Source: Spirulina sp. (lineage in GTDB: Bacteria; Cyanobacteriota; Cyanobacteriia; Phormidesmidales; Phormidesmidaceae). From it: a DNA stretch of 64,000 bases. The DNA is taken from contig JBIPSI010000018.1 of the NCBI GenBank assembly GCA_044070495.1, positions 1 to 64,000 of the forward strand, written 5' to 3'. A program made the position numbers and the translations under genes. Of the stretch, positions 8,348 through 18,828 are shown one piece after another. The notes beneath the pieces were generated by a model. It was not told where the DNA came from, made no database searches, and was given only the letters and a program-made list of their open reading frames with translations. How positions within the stretch are numbered: position 1 is the stretch's first letter; every line of letters starts with the position of its first letter.

Positions 8348-10615
8348 ATGTTAGACCAATCGCAATCGGTTCCCGACCCCGACGGGTCGCGTTCTGGATC
8401 GGGTGGATCCCTGGATGGGATGATCGATACCCTCAGCCAAACCTTGAGGGGCGGCGCGGCGGAGGCCGAGGCCTACCTGGCCATCCCGGAGGTGATCCAA
8501 CATCCCCCCAAACGGCCCCAGGGGCATCCACGTCAGCCGTCCTCCGGTCGTCCTTGGCGTTGGCTGTTGCTGTCCCTGCTCAGTTGTTTGGCCACCAGTG
8601 CGGCGGCAGTGGGGGCCTTCCTGTGGCTGGTGAGCCTGCCCCCCAGCACCAACTGCGACGACCCCACCCAGATCACCACCAACCGAGCGGCCCTCTCCTG
8701 CGCCCAGCGAGCGGCGGACGATGGCGACCTTGAATCCGTGTTGGCGGGTCTTGCCCTCGTCCAGGGTTGGGGAACCGATCATTGGCTGTCCCACGAAATT
8801 GATCCCCTGGTGGAGGAATGGTCGGCGGTGGTGGTGGCGGCGGCGGAACAAGAACTCCGCAACGGCAACCGGGACGAGGCCGAAGCCTTGATTGGTCATA
8901 TCCCGACAGGAAGTTCCTGGTACAGCGCGGGGCAGAATCTGCTGGCGGGCTGGAACCAGGAGTGGGAGCAGGGAGCGGCCCTCGTGGCCAAGGCCCAAAC
9001 GGCCATGGCGCAACAGGATTGGCGCACCGCCTCGGCCCAGGTGTTAGCCCTGGGGGAACTCAGCCATCCCCACTGGCGCGAGGAGCAGGTGCAGGCGATT
9101 TCCCGCCAAATTCAGGTGGAGCAGCAGGCCCACGCCCAAATTCGCAAGGCAGTTACCCTGGCTTCCCCCGGCGGCACGGATCGGCTGATCGAAGCCTTGG
9201 GTCTGGTCAATCAGGTCTCCGCCGAAACCCTGGCCCACCAGACCGCCCAGACCTACCGAGACCGCTGGAGCGATCTGCTGTTGGCGGAGGGGCTGCAACG
9301 CTGGTACAACGCAGACCTAGACCGAGCGGTGCAGATCGGGCAGGTGGTGGCCCGCAACCCCAACCGGGCCAAGGTAGCCCAGGAATTGATCTGGCTAAGC
9401 CAAGGGCGGAAACTGGCCCGCCAAAGTATTGGCGATTGGAAGGTAAACCCCCACCAGATGGCGACGATCTATAGGGCCATGCTGTTGGTGAACCGCATTG
9501 CCAGCGACAGCCCCTACTACCCCCAGGCCCAGTCTAGCTTGGCCACCTGGCGCACCCACCTAGAGGGCATGGGCACCCTGCAACTGGCCCAACTGGCCGG
9601 GGGTATCCACCAGGCCGATGCGCTCAAGCTGGCGATTCGACAAGCGGAGACTATTCCCCCCAACCATCCTCGCCGGATGCAGGCCCAAACCCTGCTGGCC
9701 CACTGGCGGCAGGATCTCGAACGCATGGAGGACGCCCCCTACCTAGCCCAGGCCCATCAGTTCGCTAAGGCCAACACCCCAGAGGGTTTGCGCCAAGCCA
9801 TTGCCAGCGCTAGTCAAATTACCAGTGGTCGCGCCCTGCGGCAGGAGGCCCAAGGTTGGGTCTATCTTTGGACTCAGCGGCTGCAAACCCAAGAGGATCA
9901 GCCTGTCCTAGACCGGGCCTACGCCTTGGCGGAGGAGGGGAAATTGTCCCAGGCCGTCGTCGAAGCCTCAACGGTGCTGGCAGGGCGTGCCCTCCACGAT
10001 GAGGCCCAAGCGGCCATTACCGAGTGGGAACGCGCCATTAACCGTCAAGAACAGGCCCGTTATCCCGTCCGTCGTCGTGCCGTAGCACCTCTGGTGACGC
10101 AGCCTGCCCCCACGCCGTCGGCAACGGCCCAACCCCCGGCTCCATCAGTGCCGCGCTCTGCCCCCGCCATTTCGCCCCCCGCCGTTTCCAGCCCTCCCCG
10201 ACCCGCCTCCCAAGGGCGTCCGTCCCAGCTTCCAGATCGGATTGAAACCGTTCCGGGCAATACCCTGCCAGCGGCAACGCCCCCCGCCCCCGCCACGCTA
10301 CGTCCCGTTGAGCCTCCACCCCGCCCCCTAGTGGCCCCGGCCCCGGTTAATATTCGGCCCACGGCCCCAGCGGAAACCTCGCCGCCCCCTACGTTGGTGA
10401 CACCGCCCCCAGCGTCGGTCACTGCCCCAGAACCAACGGCTGCGCCAGCCCCTATTCAGGTGCCACCTCCCTCCGCAACCCCCGCCCCGCCGGATCCAGA
10501 ACCCACCTCCCAAGGCACCGTTGAGGATCCGTCGTCCTCCCTAGAATCTCGCCTCCCCAGCCGATCCGGGGAGGCAGAGGTGCTCTACACCGGGGCACTC
10601 TACATGGGCCTGTAG
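8348..10615 (+). CDS. Conserved cyanobacterial membrane-anchored helical-repeat protein with Pro-rich C-terminus
   Basis: 755-aa ORF; single TM, Cys pair, TPR-like repeats ending in W, long P/A/T tail. Confidence 0.7.
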   Translation: MLDQSQSVPDPDGSRSGSGGSLDGMIDTLSQTLRGGAAEAEAYLAIPEVIQHPPKRPQGHPRQPSSGRPWRWLLLSLLSCLATSAAAVGAFLWLVSLPPSTNCDDPTQITTNRAALSCAQRAADDGDLESVLAGLALVQGWGTDHWLSHEIDPLVEEWSAVVVAAAEQELRNGNRDEAEALIGHIPTGSSWYSAGQNLLAGWNQEWEQGAALVAKAQTAMAQQDWRTASAQVLALGELSHPHWREEQVQAISRQIQVEQQAHAQIRKAVTLASPGGTDRLIEALGLVNQVSAETLAHQTAQTYRDRWSDLLLAEGLQRWYNADLDRAVQIGQVVARNPNRAKVAQELIWLSQGRKLARQSIGDWKVNPHQMATIYRAMLLVNRIASDSPYYPQAQSSLATWRTHLEGMGTLQLAQLAGGIHQADALKLAIRQAETIPPNHPRRMQAQTLLAHWRQDLERMEDAPYLAQAHQFAKANTPEGLRQAIASASQITSGRALRQEAQGWVYLWTQRLQTQEDQPVLDRAYALAEEGKLSQAVVEASTVLAGRALHDEAQAAITEWERAINRQEQARYPVRRRAVAPLVTQPAPTPSATAQPPAPSVPRSAPAISPPAVSSPPRPASQGRPSQLPDRIETVPGNTLPAATPPAPATLRPVEPPPRPLVAPAPVNIRPTAPAETSPPPTLVTPPPASVTAPEPTAAPAPIQVPPPSATPAPPDPEPTSQGTVEDPSSSLESRLPSRSGEAEVLYTGALYMGL

Positions 10616-10783
10616 ACCGGGGATCAAATCATCGCGTGGAGGATTGGGTCAGCTTTGCCCCATGTCGCTGAGGAGGGCTAGCTAAGGAGGGCTATCCGCT
10701 GGGGTGGCCCATAGCCGAGTGCTATCATGGCTTTTTGTAAACATAGTCGGCTGCCCATGTAAGGCAATCGCGGTGGGTATTCC

Positions 10784-12592
10784 ATGGCTCTCCTTCAACA
10801 GTTGCCCTCAAAACTGCCCTCAAGAATCGGCTCCCTGCAAGGGGGGCGTACGGTGGGGCGGCGTTTCCAGGCGGTGTTTCTGCTGCTGCTGTTCGCGTCT
10901 ATATTGGGAGCCTTTGGGCTGCGATTGTTCCAACTTCAGGTGGTCAGTGGCGAACGGAATCGCCAACTGGCCGATAGCAACCGAGTGCGCCTGGTGCCCA
11001 AGCGTCCGGCTAGGGGAACCATTACCGACCGCAACGGCAAGATTTTGGCGGGTAGTCGGCTGTCCCATACGGTATCGATTTGGCCCATTGCCCTACCCGA
11101 AGAAGAATGGCCAGCGGTCATTGACCGTCTCGCCACCGTGCTGAAGATGCCGCCGGAGGACATTCAGCGGCGGGTGGAACAGGCGGGTTATTCCTCCCTG
11201 GAGTCCATCACCGTGGCCCAGGGGATTAGCACTGCACAGGCCACCGCCCTAGCGGAATACATCAGCGAACTGCCGGGAGTGCGCCTGGAAGCCGAGGCGG
11301 TACGGAACTACCCCAACGGCGACCTCGCCGCCCATGTGCTGGGCTATACCGGAGAACTCACGGACGAGCAGTTGGCCAAACGACGGGAGGACGGCTACCG
11401 CATGGGGGATGTGGTAGGGCAGTCGGGGGCAGAATCGGCCTTTGAGTCTACCCTGCGGGGACAGTGGGGCGGCCAGCAGGTAGAGGTAGACAGTGCCGGA
11501 CGGATTATTCAAATCCTGGGGGATAAGCCCTCGGTGTCTGGCCGCGATGTGCAGTTAACCTTAGATGCAGACCTGCAACGCGCCGCCGAAGCCGCCCTGG
11601 GCACCCGCCGAGGGGCCATTGTGGCGATGGATGCCAACAATGGCGCGATTCTGGCCATGGCCAGTTGGCCCACCTACGATCCCAACATTTTTACAGGCCC
11701 CATTAGCCAAGCCCAGTGGGCGCAGCTCCAGGGATCCAACCATCCCTTTTTGAACCGGGCACTGCGGGCCTTTCCTCCAGCTAGCACCTTCAAAATTGTC
11801 ACCACGGCGGCGGCGATTGACCTGGGGGGATGGTCGCCCAACACGGTATTGCCCACCTATCCCTATCTCCAAGTGGGCGGGGTGCGCTTTGGGGAATGGA
11901 ACCACGCCGGATTTGGGCCGCTGGGGTTCACAGGGGCGATGGCCTGGAGTAGCGACACCTTTTTCTACCAAACCGCCCGCCGCATGGGTGGCCCACCGCT
12001 GATTGACATGACCCGCCGCTTTGGCTTTGGTCGCAAAACCGGAATTGAACTGGGGGCCGAGGAAAGCGCAGGGCTGGTACCCGACGATGCCTGGAAACAA
12101 GAAGCCCTGGGCACCTCCTGGGTGATCGGCGACGCGATCAATATGTCCATCGGTCAGGGATACCTGACGGCGACCCCGCTCCAGGTGGCGGTCATGTTTG
12201 CGGTACCCGCCAACGGCGGCTATCTGGTGCAGCCCCACATCCTGAAGGACAACGAAGAATCCCGCAGTTGGCGCGAATCGGTCAACCTCAGTGATGTCAC
12301 CCTCGACATTTTGCATCGCGGTCTGCGCCAGGTGATCACAGGCGGCACCGCCACGGCCCTAAACGTGTCCCACATTCCCCCCTTTGCCGGGAAAACAGGC
12401 ACCGCCGAAGCGGATCCGGGCCTATCCCACGCCTGGTTTGGGGCCTACGCTCCCCTCGATAACCCAGAGGTGGTCGTCGTGGCCTTTGCCGAGCACTCCG
12501 GCGGTGGCGGCGGCAAGGTGGCGGCCCCCATGGTGCTCCAAGTGCTAGAAGCCTACTTTGGGGCTGACAAGGAGAGCGAGGCCCAGCCCTAG
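10784..12592 (+). CDS. mrdA: Penicillin-binding protein 2
   Basis: N-terminal TM, RGTITDRNG, STFK (SxxK), SSD (SxN-like), KTGTAE. Confidence 0.92.
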   Translation: MALLQQLPSKLPSRIGSLQGGRTVGRRFQAVFLLLLFASILGAFGLRLFQLQVVSGERNRQLADSNRVRLVPKRPARGTITDRNGKILAGSRLSHTVSIWPIALPEEEWPAVIDRLATVLKMPPEDIQRRVEQAGYSSLESITVAQGISTAQATALAEYISELPGVRLEAEAVRNYPNGDLAAHVLGYTGELTDEQLAKRREDGYRMGDVVGQSGAESAFESTLRGQWGGQQVEVDSAGRIIQILGDKPSVSGRDVQLTLDADLQRAAEAALGTRRGAIVAMDANNGAILAMASWPTYDPNIFTGPISQAQWAQLQGSNHPFLNRALRAFPPASTFKIVTTAAAIDLGGWSPNTVLPTYPYLQVGGVRFGEWNHAGFGPLGFTGAMAWSSDTFFYQTARRMGGPPLIDMTRRFGFGRKTGIELGAEESAGLVPDDAWKQEALGTSWVIGDAINMSIGQGYLTATPLQVAVMFAVPANGGYLVQPHILKDNEESRSWRESVNLSDVTLDILHRGLRQVITGGTATALNVSHIPPFAGKTGTAEADPGLSHAWFGAYAPLDNPEVVVVAFAEHSGGGGGKVAAPMVLQVLEAYFGADKESEAQP

Positions 12593-12627
12593 GGACAGCC
12601 CCCGACTGCTCGGCTAGCGGGTCAGCC

Positions 12628-12730
12628 CTGGTTGACGGACGAAACGTGGCAGAACCTAAATCTGTCGAAGGGTGAGGAGACCTGACCCCTACATCATCCC
12701 AATACGGTAGGGGCGCGGTTTTCGCACCCG
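12628..12730 (+). repeat. REPIN-like element, copy A
   Basis: GGAGACCTGACCCCTAC-14 nt-GTAGGGGCGCGG...CCC; homologous to 54517-54630 and 58765-58894. Confidence 0.8.
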
Positions 12731-12940
12731 ACAACGATCAACAGCAACCGGGTTTCTCAGCAAAGCCCGGTTGCTGTGCTGGGTGATTGACCGGGTTCCC
12801 ATGGCCCAGGTGTTAGGATAATAAAGCCCTTTTAGCCGCTGTTTGGCCGGGGGCGAGTGTGGAGATTGCCCCTTGTTGGGCGGTTTGTCCTACGATTTAC
12901 TAAGAAATCATATCCCCTACCCTATCCGGCTGTTGTATTC

Positions 12941-15856
12941 ATGCTGAAGAACCTGCTTGGTGACCCCAACGCCCGCAAACTCAAGCGGTATCGTCCCGAT
13001 GTCGTGGAAATCAACCTGCTGGAGGAGGAAATCCAGCAGCTATCGGATGAGGCGCTGGCAGGGAAAACAGCGGAATTTAAGCAGCGTCTAGAGAAGGGCG
13101 AAACCCTGGATGACCTGCTGCCCGAAGCCTTTGCGGTGGTGCGGGAAGCCTCCAAGCGGGTGCTGGGGATGCGCCACTTTGACGTTCAGTTGATCGGCGG
13201 CATGGTGCTCCACGATGGCCAGATTGCCGAAATGAAAACCGGGGAAGGCAAAACCCTGGTGGCCACGCTGCCCTCCTATTTGAACGCCCTGACCGGGAAA
13301 GGTGCCCACGTCGTTACCGTAAACGACTACCTAGCTCGCCGCGACGCCGAATGGATGGGGCAGGTACACCGCTTTTTGGGTCTCAGCGTGGGGCTGATTC
13401 AGCAGGGTATGTCCCCGGCAGAGCGCAAGATTAACTACGGCTGCGACATCACCTACGGCACCAACAGCGAATTTGGCTTCGACTACCTGCGCGACAATAT
13501 GTCCACCGCCATGGCCGACGTGGTGCAGCGTCCCTTCAACTTCTGCGTCATCGACGAAGTAGACTCGATTCTGATCGACGAGGCCCGCACGCCGCTGATC
13601 ATCTCTGGCCAAGTAGAGCGCCCCAGCGAGAAATACACCCAGGCCGCCGTGGTGGCCGATTTCTTCTGGCGCGAGAAGCAGGTGGCCAAAAAAGAATACG
13701 ACGCCAAACAGGCCAGGGCCGAGGAACTGGAACGGGAAGGGCACAAGGCCGAAGCGCGGGAACTGTTCATCGAAGCCGAAGTGGCCAAGGCCCGCATGGA
13801 GTACTACTACGAGGCGGACGAGAAAGCCCGTAACGTGCTGCTGACGGACGAAGGCTTCATCAAGGCCGAGGAAATGCTGGGCGTCACCGACCTGTTCGAC
13901 CCTAAGGATCCCTGGGCGCACTACATTTTCAACGCCATCAAGGCCGAGGAACTGTTCACCAAAGACGTGAACTACATCGTCCGCAACGGCGAGATTGTGA
14001 TTGTAGACGAATTTACCGGACGGGTGATGCCCGGTCGCCGTTGGAGTGACGGTCTGCACCAGGCCATCGAAGCCAAGGAGCATGTGGAAATCCAGCCGGA
14101 AACCCAAACCCTGGCCAGCATCACCTACCAAAACTTCTTCCTGCTCTACCCCAAACTCTCTGGGATGACGGGCACCGCCAAAACCGAAGAGGCGGAATTT
14201 GAGCGCATCTACAAACTAGAAGTCACCATCGTTCCCACCAACCGGGTGCCCGCCCGGAAGGACATGTCCGACGTGGTCTACAAAACCGAAGAGGCCAAGT
14301 GGAATGCGGTGGCGGAAGAATGCGCCGAGATGCACGAACAGGGTCGGCCTGTCCTGGTCGGTACCACCAGCGTCGAAAAATCTGAGGTGCTAGCGGCCCT
14401 GCTGGCCCAGCGTGGCGTGCCCCACAACCTGCTGAACGCCAAGCCCGAAAACGTGGAGCGGGAATCGGAAATTGTCGCTCAGGCCGGACGCAGCGGGGCC
14501 GTCACCATCGCCACCAACATGGCCGGACGCGGCACCGACATCATCCTAGGCGGCAACGCCGACTACATGGCCCGCCTCAAGGTGCGGGAATACCTGATGC
14601 CCCGCATCGTGAAGCCCGAAGACGAGGACGAATTCTCGGTCACCACCGTCCCCGGTGCCCAGAGCCGCCCCAAGGCCCAGGGCTTTGGATCGGGCAAACC
14701 CGCCAAAACCTGGAAAGCCTCGGCGGATATCTTCCCCATCGAGCTTTCTGCCGACGCGGTGACCAACCTGAAAGCCGCTGTGGACTTGGCGGTGAAAACC
14801 TACGGCGAACGCAGTCTGCCGGAACTCCAGGCCGAAGACAAACTGGCCGTCGCCGCTGAAAAAGCGCCTACTGACGATCCCGTCATCCAGGCCATTCGCG
14901 ATGCCTACAACCAAATCCGTCACGAGTACGAAGCCTTCACCAGCAAGGAACACGAAACCGTGATTCAGCGGGGCGGTCTCCATGTGATCGGCACCGAGCG
15001 CCACGAATCGCGCCGCATTGACAACCAGCTCCGGGGTCGGGCCGGACGCCAGGGCGACCCTGGTTCCACCAAGTTCTTCCTCAGTCTGCAAGACAACCTG
15101 CTGCGGATCTTCGGCGGCGACCGCGTGGCGGGCCTGATGAATGCCTTCCGCGTAGAAGAAGACATGCCCATCGAATCGGGGATGCTGACCCGTTCCCTGG
15201 AAGGGGCACAGAAAAAGGTCGAAACCTACTATTACGACATCCGTAAGCAGGTGTTCGAGTACGACGAGGTGATGAACAACCAGCGCCGCGCCATCTACGC
15301 CGAGCGGCGGCGGGTACTGGAGGGCGACAAACTGAAGGACATGGTGATTGGCTACGCCGAACAAACCATGGACGACATTGTGCAAGCCTACATCAACCCC
15401 GAACTGCCGCCGGAGGAATGGAAGCTGCCGGAAATGGTGGACAAGGTGAAAGAATTCGTCTACCTGCTGGCCGACCTCACCCCCGAACAACTGGAAAACC
15501 TCTCGGTGGGCGAAATTCGCACCTTCCTCCACGAGCAGGCCCGCATCGCCTACGACATCAAAGAGGCCCAGGTCGATCAGGTCAAACCCGGCCTGATGCG
15601 CGAGGCCGAGCGGTTCTTTATCCTCCAGCAAATCGATAGCCTCTGGCGCGACCACCTGCAACAGATGGACGCCCTGCGGGAAACCGTGGGTCTACGCGGC
15701 TACGGCCAAAAGGATCCCCTCATCGAGTACAAGAGCGAAGGCTACGAACTCTTCCTCGATATGATGACGGGCATTCGCCGCAACGTGGTCTATACCCTAT
15801 TCCAGTTCCAGCCCCAGCCCCAACCCCAGGTGGCCACCCAGGTGCCCCAAGCCTAG
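12941..15856 (+). CDS. secA: Preprotein translocase subunit SecA
   Basis: [15 protein letters not shown] start, [58 protein letters not shown]. Confidence 0.98.
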   Translation: MLKNLLGDPNARKLKRYRPDVVEINLLEEEIQQLSDEALAGKTAEFKQRLEKGETLDDLLPEAFAVVREASKRVLGMRHFDVQLIGGMVLHDGQIAEMKTGEGKTLVATLPSYLNALTGKGAHVVTVNDYLARRDAEWMGQVHRFLGLSVGLIQQGMSPAERKINYGCDITYGTNSEFGFDYLRDNMSTAMADVVQRPFNFCVIDEVDSILIDEARTPLIISGQVERPSEKYTQAAVVADFFWREKQVAKKEYDAKQARAEELEREGHKAEARELFIEAEVAKARMEYYYEADEKARNVLLTDEGFIKAEEMLGVTDLFDPKDPWAHYIFNAIKAEELFTKDVNYIVRNGEIVIVDEFTGRVMPGRRWSDGLHQAIEAKEHVEIQPETQTLASITYQNFFLLYPKLSGMTGTAKTEEAEFERIYKLEVTIVPTNRVPARKDMSDVVYKTEEAKWNAVAEECAEMHEQGRPVLVGTTSVEKSEVLAALLAQRGVPHNLLNAKPENVERESEIVAQAGRSGAVTIATNMAGRGTDIILGGNADYMARLKVREYLMPRIVKPEDEDEFSVTTVPGAQSRPKAQGFGSGKPAKTWKASADIFPIELSADAVTNLKAAVDLAVKTYGERSLPELQAEDKLAVAAEKAPTDDPVIQAIRDAYNQIRHEYEAFTSKEHETVIQRGGLHVIGTERHESRRIDNQLRGRAGRQGDPGSTKFFLSLQDNLLRIFGGDRVAGLMNAFRVEEDMPIESGMLTRSLEGAQKKVETYYYDIRKQVFEYDEVMNNQRRAIYAERRRVLEGDKLKDMVIGYAEQTMDDIVQAYINPELPPEEWKLPEMVDKVKEFVYLLADLTPEQLENLSVGEIRTFLHEQARIAYDIKEAQVDQVKPGLMREAERFFILQQIDSLWRDHLQQMDALRETVGLRGYGQKDPLIEYKSEGYELFLDMMTGIRRNVVYTLFQFQPQPQPQVATQVPQA

Positions 15857-15876
15857 GGAAACGCCTTAAGATCCGG

Positions 15877-15912
15877 AAAACAGGCAGAGAATTAAGCTCT
15901 TTGCCTGTTTTT
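15877..15912. terminator. Bidirectional intrinsic terminator between secA and the GGDEF-EAL gene
   Basis: AAAACAGGCAGAGA...TCTTTGCCTGTTTTT hairpin with A/T tails. Confidence 0.75.
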
Positions 15913-16066
15913 TAGTATAGGTTCCTTGTCCTGGCCAAATTATGCTTGGCTACCCCGATTTTCCTGCGTCGCATTGTAGATCATCAAACCCGATGTCGGG
16001 ATAAACCCCCGGCTGTTGGGGCATTGGGCTGCTGAATTTACCCCGAACTGCGGTTACGGCGAGTTT

Positions 16067-18232
16067 TTAGGTTCTGAATTGAAACATTCTTAGCAGGTCT
16101 GTGGCCTGGTCTACGGGCAGGGGACGATGGAAGACATAGCCTTGGATTTCATCGCAATTCACCGAGCGTAGGTACGCTAGCTGTTCCTGATGTTCTACAC
16201 CTTCGGCTACGACCTGCATATTTAAGCCATGGCCAAGTTCAATAACCGAACGGGTAATTGCCTGGGACGAGGGCGATGTGGTGATGTGATCGATAAAAGA
16301 CTTATCGATCTTCAAGCGATGGAGGGGAAAGTGACTCAGATAGGAGAGGGAGGAAAACCCGGTACCAAAGTCATCCAGACTGAGGCTAAGCCCTAGATCG
16401 GAGAGTTGGTGAAGTTTGGCCTGAAGATAGCCAAGGTCTTGCATGGCTACGGTTTCGGTAATTTCGAGTTCGAGTAGGGCGGGCGGTAGATCAAACTCTG
16501 CCAGCAGCGCCTCTATCTGGGGGATTAGGTTGGCTTGGTGCATTTGGAGCGCCGAAATATTAACGGCCAGAGGTACTGGGAGCAAGCCCTGCTGATACCA
16601 AATCTGGCCCTGGCGGCAGACTTCGCGTAAAACCCAGGAACCGATGGCCACAATCAGCCCCGTTTCTTCGGCGATGGGGATAAAACGCCCCGGCGACACC
16701 ACACCCAGATCCGGTGAGTACCAACGAAGGAGTACCTCTAGTCCTGCGATCTGTCCGGTCATCAAATGCAGCTTGGGCTGGAAATGGAGGGAAAATTCCT
16801 GCTGTTCTAGGGCTCTAACGATGGCATTTTCCAGGGCTAGGGATTCAGTGACGCGTTCGGCAAAGGTTTGGCTATAAACCTGGTAGGTGTTGCGACCTAG
16901 CTGTTTAGCTTCGTAGAGAGCGAGATCGGCCTTTTGCAAAAGTGCGCGGAGATCCTCTCCATCTTCGGGGAAAATGGCAATCCCCATGCTGGTACTGATG
17001 TTGAGATGATTGTTTTGCACCTGAAAAGGATGGATCAAAGTCGCCAGAATTTGCTCTGCCAAAGTGACTCCATCCTCAAGGCTTTGGATTTTAGGAATCA
17101 GGACAATAAATTCGTCTCCGCCCCAGCGAGCCAGTAGGCCATGACTTGGGGTAGCCTGCTGCAAGCGCTGACCCATGGCGACTAGCAACTCATCGCCCAA
17201 ATCATGGCCCAAAACATCATTAATGTACTTAAAACGATCAATATCTAGAAACAGGATGCAGAGTAGCCGCCGATGTTGACGACAGTCCATCATCCACTGG
17301 CTTAGCTGCTGTTCAAATCGGCGACGGTTGGGTAGCCCGGTTAGCGTATCAAAGGAGGCGTAGTAGTCCGTCTGTCCTAAGACTAGCCCACTCCACCAGG
17401 TCAGTAGGCTCAGCAGCAGCATGACTGAAACCCCAAGCAGCACAATGCCAAAGTCATTGCTGTACCACCCTTGGCGATGGCCAAACAAAATTAGGCCACA
17501 GAGTAGAATAGGCACTATGCCGACTGCCAGCACAACTCGCCGTACTAGGGATCCTCCGGCATGGTCAGCGGTCAAAATACTGATGATCCCTTGGTGAGGA
17601 TGACGTGCCAGCAGACCACAGGCCAGCAACAGAAACGTCAGGCTGGTATGTAGAGCCATCGCTGAGACTGACCCCACACCATAGAGTAATTCAACGCTGT
17701 AGAGATAGCCTAAAAACCCGACTAAGGCAATATAAAACATGGCCAGTCCACAGCCTTGAGCCCAGGCATAGCGCTGTCGATGAAACAGCCCCATAGCTCC
17801 GCCAAAGAACATGAAGTTTAAGGCTGTATTGGGTGCCAACCGCCCTCGAACGGCTGGATCAAACTGGTCGGGAGTAATGAAAAATGGCCATTCCCCTAGG
17901 CCCCAATCCCAACGAAAGATGGATTCAACAAACGTCACGGTTCCCAGGCCAAAGCAGATCAAGGCTAAGGCCAAAACCAAGAATGGGCGATGAAACCGCC
18001 GCTGCCCGCCCGGTGGTGTATCAATATCTAACCAAAGGGCCGTGCCCGCCAGCAAAAATCCTAGGGCCGTGTTGGGCTTCATCGTTGGCAAAGATGGCCA
18101 AACCCGTTGCAGCCACGGAATAGCCAGTGCCCATCCCACCAGCACCGTCACCCCAATCAGCAAAACCACCAGACCCAGCCGTCTAGAAAGTTGCTTCAAC
18201 GCCAGAACCATACCTTGCCGATGCGGCACCAT
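16067..18232 (-). CDS. Membrane-bound diguanylate cyclase/phosphodiesterase (GGDEF-EAL)
   Basis: Multi-TM N-terminus; DTLTGLPNR, WGGDEF, EVLLRW, DDFGTGFSS, AEGVE. Confidence 0.92.
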   Translation of the reverse strand: MVPHRQGMVLALKQLSRRLGLVVLLIGVTVLVGWALAIPWLQRVWPSLPTMKPNTALGFLLAGTALWLDIDTPPGGQRRFHRPFLVLALALICFGLGTVTFVESIFRWDWGLGEWPFFITPDQFDPAVRGRLAPNTALNFMFFGGAMGLFHRQRYAWAQGCGLAMFYIALVGFLGYLYSVELLYGVGSVSAMALHTSLTFLLLACGLLARHPHQGIISILTADHAGGSLVRRVVLAVGIVPILLCGLILFGHRQGWYSNDFGIVLLGVSVMLLLSLLTWWSGLVLGQTDYYASFDTLTGLPNRRRFEQQLSQWMMDCRQHRRLLCILFLDIDRFKYINDVLGHDLGDELLVAMGQRLQQATPSHGLLARWGGDEFIVLIPKIQSLEDGVTLAEQILATLIHPFQVQNNHLNISTSMGIAIFPEDGEDLRALLQKADLALYEAKQLGRNTYQVYSQTFAERVTESLALENAIVRALEQQEFSLHFQPKLHLMTGQIAGLEVLLRWYSPDLGVVSPGRFIPIAEETGLIVAIGSWVLREVCRQGQIWYQQGLLPVPLAVNISALQMHQANLIPQIEALLAEFDLPPALLELEITETVAMQDLGYLQAKLHQLSDLGLSLSLDDFGTGFSSLSYLSHFPLHRLKIDKSFIDHITTSPSSQAITRSVIELGHGLNMQVVAEGVEHQEQLAYLRSVNCDEIQGYVFHRPLPVDQATDLLRMFQFRT

Positions 18233-18446
18233 GAGTTGAACTATTGATGGCCTATTCCTGCATCCTACTGTGGAATAGCTATTAGGGTCATGATGTTCTT
18301 AGTCCCCTTATATCTACCACCGGGTCACGGTGGGCATCGTTCTTGATGGTGTCGTTCTGGTGGAATTCGGGGTAGGTCTTGATTGCCGAGGACGGGCTGG
18401 GGATAGTCAATTGCCACTGCCAGGGAACCGCCCGCCGGATGGGGGA

Positions 18447-18764
18447 TCACTCCGAGGTGCCGGATTCCACGGTGCGGGACTGTCGCCAAATCCACCAGGC
18501 CGCTAGGCAGAGGGTGCCGTTGCCCACCACGGTCATCGCCGCTTGCAGAGTCACCAACCAGGCAAAACTGGGGTCGTTGTCAAAAAAGTGCCAGGTGCAG
18601 GCGGCCATGGCACTCACCAGGGCGGGAAACATGCCAATGGCCAGCCACCGCCACACCAACCGCTGAGTCACCGTCGCAAACTGCCAGATAAACCACATGG
18701 CCGCCATCCATTCCAGCACGCTGGAAATATGAATCATCCAAGTGGGCAAAGAAAGCGCGTGCAT
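18447..18764 (-). CDS. ycf49: Ycf49/DUF2499 family membrane protein
   Basis: MHALSLPTWMIHISSVLEW...ACTWHFFDN. Confidence 0.85.
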   Translation of the reverse strand: MHALSLPTWMIHISSVLEWMAAMWFIWQFATVTQRLVWRWLAIGMFPALVSAMAACTWHFFDNDPSFAWLVTLQAAMTVVGNGTLCLAAWWIWRQSRTVESGTSE

Positions 18765-18828
18765 GGGCGAGGCATCGGAACAACAGCCTCTATTGTAGGG
18801 GTAGAGATGTAGCGGCAGAGAGGTCAAC

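Noticed and set aside
13655..13810. Intein in SecA
   Set aside because: Too short, with no N-terminal Cys/Ser block or terminal HN motif
13331..15661. Long antisense ORFs opposite secA (also opposite gnd, mrdA, amt1 and the NACHT genes)
   Set aside because: Shadow ORFs expected from GC-rich codon bias; no recognisable domains
16067..18232. GGDEF-EAL gene as a genomic island (looks less GC-rich)
   Set aside because: No flanking repeats or mobility genes; composition by eye is insufficient evidence
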